IMG/VR virus record: IMGVR_UViG_3300043781_000001
Span: 1-27,513 of that record
DNA from: a virus
Taxonomy: Duplodnaviria; Caudoviricetes
Direction: 5' to 3' (one strand)
DNA length: 27,513 nucleotides
In this document: positions 26,199-27,513 of the stretch, in pieces
Numbering within the stretch: the first letter of the stretch is position 1
How the letters are laid out: each line of letters begins with the position of its first letter
Position numbers and translations under genes: made by a program
The notes under the pieces: generated by a model
Databases searched by the model: none
Told to the model about the DNA's origin: nothing
What the model saw: only the letters and a program-made list of their open reading frames with translations

Positions 26199-26241
26199 AT
26201 AAGCGTAAGGAAAATAGAAGAGAAAAACGAGGTACCACAAG

Positions 26242-27289
26242 ATGATTAAGCGAAGCATCGAAGTTGAGATTAGCCGAAATAACGAAACTCAGAAGTATGC
26301 CAAAGACTGGGATGCTTTTTTCCACAAAAGAACTGCCAGCTTGGAAGCAAGACATCACTGACTTTACATTCAAATTCAGCAAGTTCACCAACAGCGGCAA
26401 ACTAAGCAAGTCAGAATACGGCAAGCTACTAGGCTTGCCTGACTATGCCAAAAAGATTGTTATCGAACTGGCAGAGCAAAAGCTCGCTAAAGAGCTACAA
26501 ATAGAAGTCGACCGCGAAAAAGATCTGGCTGAAGCACAGAAGCTTGCTGAAATCGTCGACGCAACTGACTTCACCAAAGACGACCAACCATGGACGGTGA
26601 TTAAGAGCAAGACATCGCATTCCGACTGGTATCAAAATGGTGGTGAACTCAACTCACCAAGTATTTACTATTATTGCGTGCCAACAAGCGTTGCAAAAGA
26701 AGCTAAGAAGCTTCACGATATCCGCAAGAAACATGAACACGACATCAAGTTTGCGTTTCATCTATGTGATTACCAAACAAGAAAAATCCGCGTGGCTGAC
26801 CATGACAACGGCAACGTCAATGAGGATATGGACGACGAAGAGTTTCAGCAATTTCTTAAAGGAAAAACTCCGAAAAGCAGAACATACCATCTGAAAAACT
26901 GGCGTGATGCCAGAGGAAGTCAGCTGGATAGAGCAACAAAAATCATCACGGACAAGAACACCAATATGGTCGCATTGTCACAATTGACGAAAATCAATGC
27001 GTACGTGCTGCGGAACTACCGCTACAAGCCAGACACCTTGGAGCGAGCTAACTGGAAGACTATCAACAAGCTGGCACAAGCGCAGGACATTGCAACAATC
27101 CAAGATACGATGTCGCAAGATGATGCGGTTGAGTTTGCCAAGTTGCTGAGAGATTTTTTCAATTTGTTAAAGGAAGAGTACGAAGACGATCCAGCAATGG
27201 ACAGACTGGTTAAGCGCATGAGTGAAGTTATCACTAGCGACCCGCTGGCGGTCTGTGAGCTGTTCAAGGCGTACATTAATGCTAATTAA
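26242..27289 (+). CDS. Moron hypothetical protein with C-terminal HTH-like region; apparent +1 frame break at T6 26316-26321
   Basis: SD GAGGT + ATG26242 reads MIKRSIEVEISRNNETQKYAKDWDAF and stops at 26361. The long frame 26264..27289 lacks an SD. NMVALSQLTKINAYVLRNYR looks like an HTH. Confidence 0.7.
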
Positions 27290-27513
27290 CGAAATGATTG
27301 ATATAATGAGCTTGTCGAAAGATCAATTATGTTTGAATTGAGCAAATCGACAGACTGTTTGAAACGAAAAGACCTGCAACTTTGATTAGCTGCAGGTCTT
27401 TTTATGCTCGCCAAATGCTCGCCAATTTCAAAACTCTTAAAAACTCTTAAGAACAAAAATAGCTTGAAATCAGGCTTTTTAAATTCCTGACTCAAGCTAA
27501 ATGCTTATACAAT

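Larger units (their letters stand above)
1..27513 (+). mobile_element. Temperate siphophage/prophage, late-replication to post-lysis region (integrase and att sites not in window)
   Basis: Colinear packaging-head-tail-lysis gene order, almost all on the + strand. Confidence 0.97.

Noticed and set aside
374-27276. Numerous 60-145 aa minus-strand and alternate-frame ORFs in the track
   Set aside because: They overlap well-supported + strand genes, lack SDs and recognisable motifs, and are shadow ORFs
27286-27495. 69-aa minus-strand ORF at the window end, and a possible attR
   Set aside because: TTG start without SD, in-frame stop just upstream and no motif. It may be a fragment of a gene beyond the edge. 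An att site cannot be identified without the other prophage end

Overview
Right half of a temperate siphovirus (prophage or phage contig), most likely of a Lactobacillaceae host. The host call is an inference from gene families: ArpU, LL-H-type holin, GH25 lysin, BppU and an Lpt/Fst-type toxin. Gene order on the + strand: small replication-region genes and RusA (1-2067); an RNA island with tRNA-Trp (2068-2515); ArpU activator and late promoter; ParB-fused DNA methyltransferase; terminase, SPP1-type portal and head genes; TP901-1-type tail (tube, chaperones, tape measure, Dit, Tal-like, BppU); three small AT-rich accessory tail cassettes; a complete Fst-family type I toxin-antitoxin locus; the lysis cassette; and a moron region after the lysin. 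Best leads: (1) a G8 tract plus TAATTAA plus an SD-occluding hairpin between tail cassettes, which looks like a slippage-controlled translational-coupling switch; (2) a ~55-nt sRNA after the lysin with 13 nt of perfect complementarity to the predicted 5' end of the neighbouring mRNA; (3) a -1 frameshift that adds a HeH/LEM-like domain to the major capsid protein; (4) an internal start in the endolysin. Four genes have apparent single-base frame breaks (assembly error or prophage decay), which also limits trust in homopolymer lengths. All family assignments come from motif recognition and synteny, not from database searches.
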